64,000 bases of DNA, from NCBI RefSeq assembly GCF_006345805.1, contig NC_043008.1, positions 68,200,001 to 68,264,000 on the forward strand. Direction: 5' to 3'. A model generated the notes under the pieces. It saw only the letters and a program-made list of their open reading frames with translations. It was not told where the DNA came from and did not search any database. The position numbers were made by a program, and so were the translations under genes. Position 1 is the stretch's first letter, and each line of letters starts with the position of its first letter. Below are positions 26,281 through 38,472 of the stretch, piece after piece. Source of the DNA: Octopus sinensis (taxonomy: Eukaryota).

Positions 26281-29200
26281 TTAACATTATAAATTCAGCA
26301 GTGCTAATTAATGTATTGCGATATTTAGTTACGACTCTGATCGGAGTTAAAAGGCCGCGATATATTTTCATCCTTCCAAAGACGTTAAAAATCAAGTATT
26401 CCCGCAGCAAAGTTTGTTTTGTGTTTATAGTTTACCCTAAGCTACAAATAACCATTATTATGAAAATTTTTTTAGACATTTGGAAAATAAACAAAAACAA
26501 ACCAAATCAATTAAAACATTGATTAAATTTGTGTAAAAGATTATGTCGATGAATTGTACAAGGTACTGGGCCAGTAATTTATTTTGGAGGGAATTGTGAG
26601 GAAATATGGTCAATTAGTATGGTTCCAGATAATTACTGGTGTATACTGTATTGATAGCGGCGAGATGAAAGTGAGGTCGGTCCAGTGGGGATATGAACTG
26701 AGGACGCGGAAGAACGATTAAAAATAATAACGATGATAATGATGATGAGTCTAGCAAATATCAAAGAAAAAAAATGAGAAAACAGCCAAGAATTTTATAA
26801 CTTGTTTCTACTGACGTGGCGAGAAAAAAAACATGCTACGCAGTGCGTGTTTATGTGGTTCTATGTATATGTGTATGTGTGTGATTTTTATGTGGCCGCG
26901 TACTTTTATGTAACTCTATTTGTGGGGGTATGTATGCGTATGTGTATATGTCACTGCATCTGTATGTTTTTAAGCAACTGAGTGTCTGTATTGTATGGCT
27001 TGCGTGTGATTATGTGGCTCTGTACGCTTATTGTAGTTAAATGTGCTTGCTGCAAATTTTTGTAACGGTGTCTGTGTGTATGCGCATTTATGTAGCTGTC
27101 TGTATGTGTATTTATGTAGCTGTGTCTATGTGGTTTTATGTAACTGAATATCTGCGTGTGTTTATGTAGTTGATTTCGCTTGTGTTTTTATGTGGCTGTG
27201 TCTGTGTGTTTTTATGTAATTGCATCTATGCGTGTCGATGTGTCGCTGCATGTGTGTGGTTATATGATTCTATTCTCAGTGCGGTTGCGTAAGTTTGCAC
27301 TTTTAGCAAACTACATGTCATGTTTAAGAGCGGGAACAGGATTGGAGAGAGAGAGAAGGAGGCAGGGAGGCAAAGAGAGAAGAGGGAGATAGGAAAAGAC
27401 AAGAGGGATGAAGAAGGAGAAAAAGAGAAAAAAAGGCAAAGAGAGTATGGAAATAAAAGAGAGGCTAATATTACAGAATATATTGTTAAAATGGGGAAAA
27501 ATATAGCAACTGAAATTTTTCGAAATATACGTGTATTACATTTTATTATAGTATGGATGTAAATAAATGTTTATAATAATTATCATCATATAAATCTATT
27601 TAGAATTTGCAAGCGAGAGAAAAAACGCTACAAAATCAGACTAATGATAGAAACGGAAAGAAACCGTTGCTTCATTTAAATGCATGTATATAATAGATAG
27701 ATAGATAGATAGATAGGGGGGGATATCTATGTATATATGCACAAGAATTAATGTTTGCTAAACGTGCACAAATATATTTACCATTTATCTACAAATAGTC
27801 TATTTCTCTATGTGTGTGTGTGTGTTTTATATAATATATTTTTTTCGTTCTATGTGTATATAAGAAGGACTTAGTAAAAAATGTCCTGTTGTTTTTGAAC
27901 CACAAGAATGGAGGGACAGAGAGAACGGTGGGGACAGAGGGCTGTAAGGGACGGTGAAATACCAAGAATGAACAAGTCATAAATATAAATGCTTTTCTCT
28001 CTCCCACTTCCTTCAACAATGTTAGACATTAAATGGCCCTCCCTTTCTCTCTTTCTAACTAGTCTTCAGCAGATTCAGCCGCCTGGAACCGACTGAGTCC
28101 GGTTGAAACGGTTGTGAAAGAATCAACCCTGCCCCTCTCTCTCTCTCTTTTCTTATTGACTTTATCCTCCATTCTCAATTTGCAGCTTCACACATTCTCC
28201 TTTTCTATATCTCTAAATGGCCATCTCATCTCTTTTAACACAAGCAACAAAATAAATGAACAACGATGGTATATAATGGCATATTTAGTAGGGAGCCTGA
28301 AACAGTATTTTTTGAGAAAAAAGCTGAGATCCAACACTACATTTAAATAACGTCCACTCTATATATATGTTTGCATCTTCACCCCTATCATTGCAGATAC
28401 CTTCTTGTTTTGCTTTAATAAATATATTTCTAATGTAACAGAAAAAAATAATGTAAAAGATTTATCAATGGAAATAAATTCGCTTTGTAATTATGATGGT
28501 AATTAAAAAAAAAGAAAAAGAGCAGATGCTTTATGTGACTTCAGACAATATCTCCATTGTTATTCCTATGGAAATAGATTTTTTGTAATTGAAAATAACG
28601 TCATGGAAAAACATTAGAGAAAGAAATAGGTTTATTATTACAAGAATGTTATGAGAGAAAATTGATTAATTTTTGTATTTGGTAAAAATTGTATTAATAT
28701 TTCTTTTAAGAAAATATCGTCTCTTACAACTGATTAAATATCTTAACTGTCTTAATTAGCATTTAAACAGCCTAGCACATGTGTCTATACATATATATTG
28801 TATGTATGTATATATATATACACTCACGCAAACACTGTATATTAAACAGATACACAATTTGAAGGCTTACATTTATAAAAAAAAATATGTATATTTCACA
28901 TTTCGTTTTCGTAGTATGTAAATAAAATTCGTTACTTCAGTTGAAAAGTCTCAGAGAGACACGCAACAAATAATAAATATTAAAACGCAACATTTCGAAG
29001 GAGCGCCAAGAAATTATAGCAAAACATGAAACATCGTGTTTTAATAATGGGGAAAACAGTGGACAGGATAGACAAGGCAGCATGTAACACAACCGTAGAG
29101 AAAATAGAAAAGAGCAAAAGCTAAACTAATTCGGCAGAAATGAAGTCGAAGCGTCAAGTAAGAATATTAGGTAAAAAGAATTGGTGGGAAATCGAAGTAT

Positions 29201-29690
29201 TATAGAAATAATTTGTAAAACATGGTCAAGGTATCTTTTTTTTTGTCTTTCATTTCGCCATCAACCAGAAGCGCGCTGCTGGAAGGTTCACCCTCTCTCA
29301 CTATCTCTACATTTCCCCTCTCCATTGCTCTCTTTAGTCTGATATATACATGTATATATTATATATATGTATATTATATATATATATATTATATATTATA
29401 TATATATCGATAATTGAGAGTAAGATATGTGAAAGAACTTCGATCTAGTAGGCATTTTTCTGCAGAATATTCGTTTATGTCTGTTTTCAAAAATATATTT
29501 TCAAGCACGCACACAAAGACAAACACAAACGGATAGAAACACGCACATATATATATATATAAATATATATTCACGCACACAAGGACAAGCAAACACACAC
29601 ACACGTGTACACAAAAAGTGAGCGGTCGCGGAATGGTTAAAAAGCTAGCTCCTTATTCCATTTAGTTCTTCTTTAAATAAAATATCTTAC

Positions 29691-29756
29691 CGGCGCTGGA
29701 GAATCTGCTTTAGTTTTTTTCGGTTGAGTTTTTTGCACTCTTGAAGACCGCACCAT
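29691..29756 (-). CDS. First coding exon of unidentified host gene (MVRSSRVQKTQPKKTKADSPAP)
   Basis: aaacATG at 29756, 66 nt open, donor CCG|gtaaga at 29691. Phase 0 matches exon 3173-3277 (intron ~26.4 kb); lies in CpG-retaining unique sequence. Confidence 0.68.
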
Positions 29757-31009
29757 GTTTAGTATTTAAATGCAAAAATACAACAGGGATTTTGGGAGTA
29801 AAAAAAGTTAGTTTAGATGGAGACTTCTTGTAGTTTCAACAAGGCGCTGTTTTGCTTGCTAGATGTTTCGAAGTGAATAGAATATGTTGATTGATGTGCA
29901 AATGTGTGTTATGCCAGCATTACTCCTGCTACTAGGCCCTCTCTCTCCCCCTTACACCCTCCTCTTTCACTCATGCATAGGTTACAAATACATACACATA
30001 CAAACACACACAAACATAAAAATAGCTACAATACATGAAACAAATTCAACCTACATCTGGTTGACCTATACGTGTAGACGTTCAGATTCATCTACAAACG
30101 TTCTAATGTTTCATTGGATACAATAAAACTTGTATTTAAACAAAAAAACACCAAAAACATCTATTTTTACCATTACTGCCACTTTTTCACTTTTTTTCAA
30201 CGTCACATCAACGTATAAGACGCAAAACGCACTTACATAGACACGCAACACGCACTTTATTACAGACAGACACGCACAAATCATTTTCCCCCCACGGTTT
30301 TATTTTACAAAACAAAAGAGAAAAGATATTAGACAAATATTTTTCTTATGTTTCCTTTGTAAAATTAAATGAAAATATTTCCACGTAAAATATTGCCAAT
30401 AACGTTAGCAACAAATTACACAATTTCTGCATCTTTTCTTTGCCTCCTCCATAACCAGATTTCTCGTCTACAGATTTTCAATTCGAAATCAAAAACCATG
30501 AAAAAAAAAAAGATTCCTATAGTAAATAAAAAGAAGAAAAGGACATTTTTATAGCAAAAAACATTTTTTTTCTTTTTTCGTTGGTGTTTGTATACATATA
30601 TATTTCTATGTCAACCTATTTCATTATGATTAAACACGTACCACATGTTGGTCATTTAAAGTACGATTACAGGATAGTTATTTCACGTTTGTGGTTAATA
30701 TTTCAACTTTTGCCTTGACCTATTTTCCTTAAAATGACAATCTATATGAAGATAGCACTTTTTGTTCTTTCTCGTTAAATTTTTTAAAAATCTTTATTCC
30801 ATTTATTTTCGTTAAGACTTCGTTAAAGATTTTCATTTTTATATATCTAGAGGTTATAGACGCGTTTTCATTCTTTCCACTAAACAATCTCTCTTCCATT
30901 CTCTCTTTGTGTGTGTCTACACACATTAATACAGACATAGATTTGAATTATTGGAAAATACGTTTATATCATTGTATACCTTGTTTGATTCCTTCTATGT
31001 GCTCTCTCT

Positions 31010-31044
31010 TTATATATTTATATATACATACATACATACATATA

Positions 31045-31086
<42 letters not shown>

Positions 31087-31157
31087 CATACATACATTAT
31101 ATATATATATATATATATATACATACATACATTATATATATATATATACATACATAC

Positions 31158-31193
<36 letters not shown>

Positions 31194-31270
31194 CATACAT
31201 ACATTATATATATATATATATATATATACATACATACATTATATATAATATATATATATATATATACACG
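31010..31270. repeat. (TA)n/(TACA)n compound microsatellite
   Basis: Direct reading. Confidence 0.95.
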
Positions 31271-31271
31271 T

Positions 31272-31464
31272 TTTATCTTTTACTTGTTTCAGTCATTAGA
31301 CTGCGGCCACGATGGGCACCCCATCAAAGAATTTTTAGTCGAATTTATTGACCCCGATACTTATTTTTTTTTAAGCCTGATACTTATTCTATCGGATCGT
31401 GTCACCGAACCGCCAAGTTACGGGGACGTAAGCACACCACCAGTTGTCAAGCAGTGGTAGTGGA

Positions 31465-31522
<58 letters not shown>

Positions 31523-31678
31523 CACACACAAATATACGACGAGCTTCTTTCAATTTCTGTCTCCCAAATCTACTGACAAGGCCCGAAACTATAGAAGATA
31601 CTTCTCCAAGGTGCCACGCAATAGGCCTGTACCTGAAACCATGCGGCTGGGAAGCAAGCTTCTTACCACATAGCCAAG
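31272..31678 (-). mobile_element. CORE-like tRNA SINE
   Basis: tttacttgtttcagtcatt.gactgcggcc...ccaaggtgccacgca...accatgcggctgggaagcaagcttcttaccacatagcc. Confidence 0.85.
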
Positions 31679-31877
31679 TAAATATTTTTTTAAATTCTAA
31701 AACATTAACTCGAATGTCCTCAGTACATGAAGTTAAGAATTAAGATTTAGAGAAACAACAAACTTAGAAATAGAAAAACAAAATCAGACTCTCCCGTAAA
31801 AGGGAGAGAGCAGAGAGGGAAAGCAGGGCTATAGAGAAAATAAGAACAAAGTTTTCTTCAAATTTACTAGAGAATTT

Positions 31878-32280
31878 AGGTGCAGACGTTGCTGTGTAGT
31901 AAGGGGTTTACTTCAAAAAACACATGGTTCCAGATTCGGTCCCACTGTGTGATACCTTACAGAGCAAGTGTTTCTTGCTATAGCCCTGGCCCAGTCATAG
32001 CTTATTTAGTGGATTTGGTAAACAGAAATTGAAAGAAGCTTGTAGTATATGTCTATGTGTGTCTTTGTGCTTGTGTTTATCCCCCACCACCACCACTTGA
32101 CAAATGGTGCTCGTTTCTTTACGTTCCTCCACATTTTCAGTTCAGGAAAAAGAGACTGCTAGAATAAATACCAGGCTTCAAAAATGTAAATACTGAGATT
32201 CATTTTGGCTAAAATCCTTCTATGTAGTGCCCCTGTATGGTTGCAGTCCAATGATTAAAACAAATTGAAGTTAAGAGATA
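31878..32280 (+). mobile_element. CORE-like tRNA SINE
   Basis: ggtgcagacgttgctgtgtagtaag...gtcccactgtgtgatacctt...tggatttggtaaacagaaattgaaagaagc. Confidence 0.8.
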
Positions 32281-32289
32281 AATCATCTA

Positions 32290-34050
32290 CTATGTATCAG
32301 AATTTAGGGCCATTTTTTTTAAAGAGGCACCTTATTAACAGAAGACACCAAAAAGTTAAGTGAAATACTGAATGAACAGTTCAAAAGTGCTTTTATCTCC
32401 CCAGTGGGACATGGGCAGGTAAATAAGCTTGAGGAATTCTTTGACCCTGTAGCACTATATTAACAGGTGATGAATATCAATTACATTGGCATAAAGTAGA
32501 TTTTATATCAGCTATAGTGGGAATGAGCTTAATTTCTGCAACAGACCCTAATAGATTCTCTAGAATCCCTCTAAAAACATATAAACAAGCTCCAGCTATA
32601 CCCACTTCAAATATTCTTTCAAAATTTCCTAGCAAGTGGGACATTTGAAAAAGTTGAAGGAAGGCATAATATACCCTACTGATAAAAGTGGAACCAGAAT
32701 AGAGGCTTCGCATATCAATAAAGTTATGGAACAAATGAATTGACAGAAAAAAATTTATCGTGATCTTAGAAGAAAAGGGCTTGCTAACTAACACTTAGTG
32801 TGGCTTTCAGGAAGAAGTTGCCTTACACAACTTCTGTAGCACTACAACTGGGTGCAGAAGCAGCTGCTCAATCATTTGATTAGGAATGTTATATATCTCA
32901 ACCTTGTGAAGCCCTTTGAGGAAGCCAACTACTTGATGGTGTGTCGCAAACTATGTGGTAAGGGTAGTATTGGGAAATAAGAAGAATGGTTGCATGACGG
33001 TCACAACCAACCATGTTCTTTCAAACGAAATCCCAATTTTGAGTGCAGTCCCACAGGGGACTGTCTTGAGGTCATTGCTATTTGGGACACCTTTATCAAA
33101 CATGCCCTTAGTTACACAAACAACTACTCTCACCAGCTATGGTAATGATGCAAAAGCATCTTGGGTAATAAAGGCCCCCAGAGATACTGCAAACCTGCAG
33201 CAGGTCCTTAGTGTAATCTGCTAGAGGTCTGAAGAAAATAACATGCAATTAACACTAGGAAATTCTAAGTTCTTTATTATCAACCCACAAATACTCTACA
33301 ACCAGGTTACACAGGATCTGGAGAAATTGCAATCCCAGAGTCACAGTCAATATATGACCTGGGGATAAATATGCATAATCATCATCATCACTCAGCATCT
33401 GTTTTCCATGCTGGCATGGGTTAGACAGTTCAACCTGAATTGGCAAGCCGAAGAGCTGCACAAAGCTCCAGTCTGTTTTAGCTTGGTTCCTATGGCTGGA
33501 TGCCCTTCCTAATCCCACCCACCCGACAGAGTGTACCTGGTGCCTTTTACATGTCACCAGCATGGATGCCTTTTACCTATCACCGGCACAGGTGCTTTTA
33601 ACATGTCACCAGCATGGGGGGCTTTTACGTGTCTCTGGCACTGGCCATAACTATCATTTCACTATGCTTGACGTGTCTTCTCAAGCAAATGATGCATCTT
33701 TTCATGTACACATTACCAAGTTGGCAACAATGGGCGAAAGGATGGGTTGAGACATCCTGAGATTATTCAGTACAAGACAGCAGGGAACCATGCTGCTTTT
33801 GTGAAGAACAGTTATCTTCAGCTGCCCAGTCTACTACTCACAATTATAGTTATCAAACATTATTGAACTAACAACTGAACTAGAGGCAATCTACCAATCC
33901 TTCATGAAGGAGATCACCTCAAATCAACTGCTAGGCTACTGGGAGAGGCTGAAAGAGTTAAAACTCTACTGCCAAGAGAGAAAGCAGTAAAAATATGCAG
34001 TGATCCATTTGTAAAAAGATCATTGAAAGGTTCGCGCCAAAATTCAATAT
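32290..34050 (+). mobile_element. Degenerate CR1/Jockey-like LINE RT region, interrupted by an RTE 3' fragment at ~33377-33690
   Basis: Peptides KKLSEILNEQFKSAF, SCLTQLL, SAVPQGTVLRSLLF, SYGNDAK (FADDxK-like) and YWERLKELKLY. Confidence 0.75.
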
Positions 34051-34414
34051 TGAGAGCAAAGCCTATCCCCATATGACAGGTTGTACTGGGTTACATGTTA
34101 GTAGTAGTACTTTGTAAGAGTATACATATAGAGAGAAAGAGCCAGATAAATTGGATAGATAAATGAATGAATGGATGTACATAGAGGCATATATACATAA
34201 GCATAAAAAAATGTTATGGACTTGTCAGATATGTCACATACATTGTGTGTGTGCATCCATAGTCATATGTAAATACACACACATGTGTCAATATTATATA
34301 TATACATACACACACAATTATATTATCCTTACTTAACAAGGTTGATAGACAGATAGCTGAAATATGGTGCGTGTATCTCTGCATGCAGGCGTCCATATGT
34401 AACTAATACACTCT

Positions 34415-34581
34415 ACTTATATGTATATATGTGTGTGTGTATATATATATATACACACACACACACACATATATATATATGTGTGTATATATATATATAT
34501 ATATTTGTATGTATATATATATATTTGTGTATATATATATATATATATATATATTTGTGCGTGTGCATATATATATATATT

Positions 34582-34625
<44 letters not shown>
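34415..34625. repeat. (TA)n/(TG)n microsatellite
   Basis: Direct reading. Confidence 0.95.
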
Positions 34626-34826
34626 TTATATCTTATACCTTGCTTCAGTCAGTAAACTGTGGCCATACTGGGGTACCACCTTGAAGAATTTTTAGTCGAG
34701 TGAATCAATACCAGTCATTATTTTTTCTTCAAGCCTGGTAGTTCTATTGGTCGTTTTGCTGAACTGCTAAGTTGCAGAGGATGTAAACACACCAACACTA
34801 ACTCTCAAGTGGTGGTGGGAGACAAA

Positions 34827-35249
34827 TCATCATCATCATCATTTAATGTCTGTTCTCCATGCTGGCATGGATGGATTGTTTGACATGGAGCCGGCTAACA
34901 GGGAGCTATCTGGACTCCAGCTGTTTGTTGTGGCATGATTTCTACAGCTGGATGCCCTTCCTAATACCAACCACTTAAAGTGTGCTGGGTGGTTTTTATG
35001 CAGCACCGACACAGGTGCATGAACACAGTACTGGCATGGGTGCTTTTTAAGTGACACCAGCTCCTGAAAGGACAAGCCTGTATATGTGGAAGACAGTGAT
35101 TTTACTTAGTTTGACATGTCTTGTCAGGTACAGCAAATTACCATATCTCCTGGTCCCTTATGAAAATCCTTTGTCCCACATCTTCCCGGGTCTACACCTT
35201 CCACAATTAGAGCTTAGCACTTCTTTATGCAGCTGTCCTCATCCACCTG

Positions 35250-35283
<34 letters not shown>

Positions 35284-35730
35284 AATATATGAATATATCA
35301 GCCACTGACCAGTTGTGTTAATCCACCTCCGACAATATCAGCTAACTCTGATGAGCGTAAGGTTACATAATCAGATTGTTACCTAAGTTCATGTCCAGCT
35401 CCAAAAGCCAGATACAGAGGTTTATTTTTGGCTAAGTATTTCTCCTACAGTTGCCTCACCAAAAAATAGCATCAGTGGTACTTCTTCCAAGCACAAATCC
35501 AAACTGCATCTCATCTATGCTAACTCTCTTCCTAATTAATTGAGCTTTGACCCTTTCTGCAACCTTCATCATTTGGTCCAGCAATTTAGTCCCTCTGTAA
35601 TTATTTCTGTCTAGGGCATTGCCCTTTCCTTTGTAGCAGTTGACTATAATGCTGCTACACCAATCATTGGGTATGACTCCCTTGTGGACAACTCAATTAA
35701 TTATAGAGGTGACCAGGTCATGTCCCACTC
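34827..35730 (-). mobile_element. RTE fragments: 3' tail (34827-35245) and RT fragment (35392-35730)
   Basis: (CAT)n followed by ctggatgcccttcct; 35400-35700 minus reads DEMQFGFV..RSTTDAI, L*EKYLAKNKPLYLAF and NYRGTKLLDQMMKV, homologous to 57683..58645. Confidence 0.8.
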
Positions 35731-35765
<35 letters not shown>

Positions 35766-35813
35766 TGTACTCGCATAGCAAGTGATTTGATCTGAGATCG
35801 TGTGCTGAAACGA

Positions 35814-36099
35814 AAACAATTGCAGCGTGGAAGGTGTTTGTAAGCTATTTAAAAAACACACAAAAGCCGTTCGGTTCACTTCAACATTTAAGTTTAATTT
35901 GTCAAAATATTTTCGTCACTAAAATCCGTGACCTGTTCACTGACAAAAATCCGTGCAGCATGGATTTTTGTCAGTGAACAGGTCGCGGATTTTAGCGACG
36001 AAAATATTTTGACAAATTAAACTTAAATGTTGAAGTGAACCGAACGGCTTTTGTGTGTTTTTTAAATAGCTTACAAACACCTTCCACGCTGCAATTGTT

Positions 36100-36100
<1 letters not shown>
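35814..36100. repeat. 287-bp near-perfect palindrome (143-bp arms, 3 mismatches); Penelope pLTR-like fold-back in a (TA)n/(GA)n tract
   Basis: aaacaattgcagcgtgg...ccgtgc a gcatgg...ccacgctgcaattgttt; centre at 35957; mismatches at 35918/35996, 35929/35985 and 35953/35961. Confidence 0.95.
35967..36016 (+). ncRNA. Minimal type-I hammerhead ribozyme with G3-C8 core variant (mirror copy on the minus strand at 35898-35947)
   Basis: Stem I TTTGTCA/TGACAAA, core GTGAACA plus an extra G, stem II GTCGC-ggatttta-GCGAC, GAAA, palindromic ATAT stem-III region, then UU; predicted cut after 36009. Activity untested. Confidence 0.65.
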
Positions 36101-36136
<36 letters not shown>

Positions 36137-36189
36137 ATATATGTATGTATGTATGTATGTATATAAAGGTAAAATATTCACTAATTAAA

Positions 36190-36790
36190 AATGGATGTTG
36201 TGTTAGAACACACGAATACTGCGATATTTACCAAGAGAGAAAACTCTTATATGGTTATGTGGTTCATAAATGTACATCATAGCTATTGCCAGCAGCAGAC
36301 AATCACTGCTAACTTCACCACTCCAGACTACCAGATCATATGATCTCAGTCTGATTTGACCTTATCAATGATAGATACTAAGTGACTGGAAATAGCAGTT
36401 ACTGCTCCTCTCTAAGGAAAAGTATGGTTGTCACTATTTGGTACCAGCATCATAGGAGTCACCATAACAAGATTGTAGATGTCAAACTGCCTCAGGGGCT
36501 CCAACTCTCAACTTTTCCCTGGAGTTTACTCTCAAAGCACTTCCCATGACTTGGTATTACTGCAAGGCAGCAGGAGTTTCAAATTAGGGTTTTCCTTGCC
36601 GTAGATGAGTTACCTACAACCCCAGCCTAACAAGCTCTATCTGCTCAACTGACTTGCTAATTAACACATAGCTGGGAATCTGACATGCAACTACTCCAAG
36701 TCAGAGTAGACAATAGTGGCTAAGAGGTGGTTCCACACTCTTCAAAACCCTAGAACTCCCAAACCAGGGCCCCACTATTGGATTTGGTTT
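36190..36790 (-). mobile_element. Degenerate RTE/BovB-like 5'UTR and endonuclease remnant
   Basis: gggttttccttgccgtagatgagttacc...cagcctaacaagctc resembles the reverse complement of RTE 5' ends; SD*DH-like endonuclease motif at ~36340. Confidence 0.4.
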
Positions 36791-36822
36791 AAAATCATAC
36801 ACAGAACACACACACACACACA

Positions 36823-37037
36823 TGAGGAGGTACTGAAAAGTTCCTGACTTTGGATAAAAGAAAATACACAAGCATCAGTTAATTGTGATTTTATCCAATA
36901 TATTCCCCTCTCAGATTCACACACTTATTGCAGCAGTCCTTCAGTTTTTCTAAGCTCTGTAAAAAACATAGAAGGCTGGGCCTCCCACCAGGCCTTTTGC
37001 AATACCCTTAAAGCCAAGAACTTTTAACATCCTCTCG
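36823..37037. mobile_element. Mariner-type MITE
   Basis: TIRs tgaggaggtactgaaaagttcctgacttt / aaagccaagaacttttaacatcctctcg followed by TA. Confidence 0.75.
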
Positions 37038-37499
37038 TATATATATATACATGTGTGTGTGTGTATAATATAAATATGTATGTATATATTTATGCATATG
37101 TGTATATATACATATGTGAGTGTGTGTGTATGTATAATATAAATATGTATATATCGGAACTTCTTTTGGTGCTGTTTGATTGCTATTTCTCAGAAGATCT
37201 GGACTGGGTCATCAAAACTGGTTAGTTACATTGCATCCCACCTTCTTTTTATTTTTATTTTTAACTGAATTTAATCATTGGACTATAATGTAGTGTTGGA
37301 GCACTACATTATAGTGTTTTAGTTGATCATATCAACCACAGTACTTATTTCAGTCTGATATTACTTTTATAATGCCAGTTAAGACACACACACATGCACA
37401 CATGATGGACTCTCTTCTCATTGATGACAGATGAGGGTTCAACAACCAACCTGCACAGGTAATTTAGTTTATTTAATGGTAATCAAATCATACTGATTT

Positions 37500-37788
37500 G
37501 TACACATCTGGCTCCTGTACCAGCAGCATATAAAAAGCACTACCCAGTGGCACATAAAAAGCACTATCTGAACATGACTGAGGCCAGTACTCACTGACTG
37601 GCTCCTGTGCTGGTGGCACGTAAAAAACACCCACTACACTCTCAGACTGGTGGGCGTTAGGAAGGGCATCCAGTTGTAGAAACATTGCCAGACTAGATTG
37701 GAGCTTGGTGCAGCTGCTGGCTCTCCAGACCTCAGTCAAACTGTCCAACTCATGCCAGCATGGAAAACGGATGTTAAATGATGATGAT
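37500..37788 (+). mobile_element. RTE 3' tail
   Basis: gtgctggtggcacgtaaaaaacacc...ggcgttaggaagggcatccag...aaatgatgatgatg. Confidence 0.8.
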
Positions 37789-37923
37789 GTATATATTTAT
37801 GTATCTATTTGTGTGAGTGTATGTGTGTATAATATAAATATGTATGTATATATTTATGTGTCAATGTGTATGTGTATAATATAAATATGTATGTATACAT
37901 ATATTTATGTATGTGTGTGTGAG

Positions 37924-37963
<40 letters not shown>

Positions 37964-37972
37964 TTGTGTATA

Positions 37973-38470
37973 TCATCATCATCATCATCATCGTTTAACG
38001 TCCGTTCTCCATGCTAGCATGGGTTGGACGGTTCGACCGGGGTTCTGGGAAGCCAGAAGGCTGCACCAGGCTCCAGTCTAATCTGGCAATGTTTCTACAG
38101 CTGGATGCCCTTCCTAACGCCAACCACTCCGTGAGTGTAGTGGGTGCTTTTTACGTGCCACCTGCACAGGTGCCAGGTGAGGCTGGCAACGGCCACGGTC
38201 AGATTGGTGTATTTTATGTGCCACCGGCACAGAAGCCAGTCGAGGCGGTGCTGGCATCGGCCACGAGTCGGATAGTGCTTTTTACGTACCACCAGACCAG
38301 GGATCCTGGCTGGTTCAATTTGATTTCGCTTGCCCCAACATGTCTTCACAAGCAAAGGGGGTTGGCATGGGTGCCTGTCGTACGGTCGCATTGGAGTATT
38401 TTACGTGCCATAGTGCTTTTTACGTACCACCAGACCAGGGATCCTGGCTGGTTCAATTCGATTTCGATCC
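37973..38470 (-). mobile_element. RTE 3'UTR with an internal 57-bp direct repeat (38272-38328 / 38410-38466)
   Basis: (CAT)n tail then sequence matching 56102-56500; atagtgctttttacgtaccaccagaccagggatcctggctggttcaatt.gatttcg occurs twice. Confidence 0.85.
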
Positions 38471-38472
38471 CC

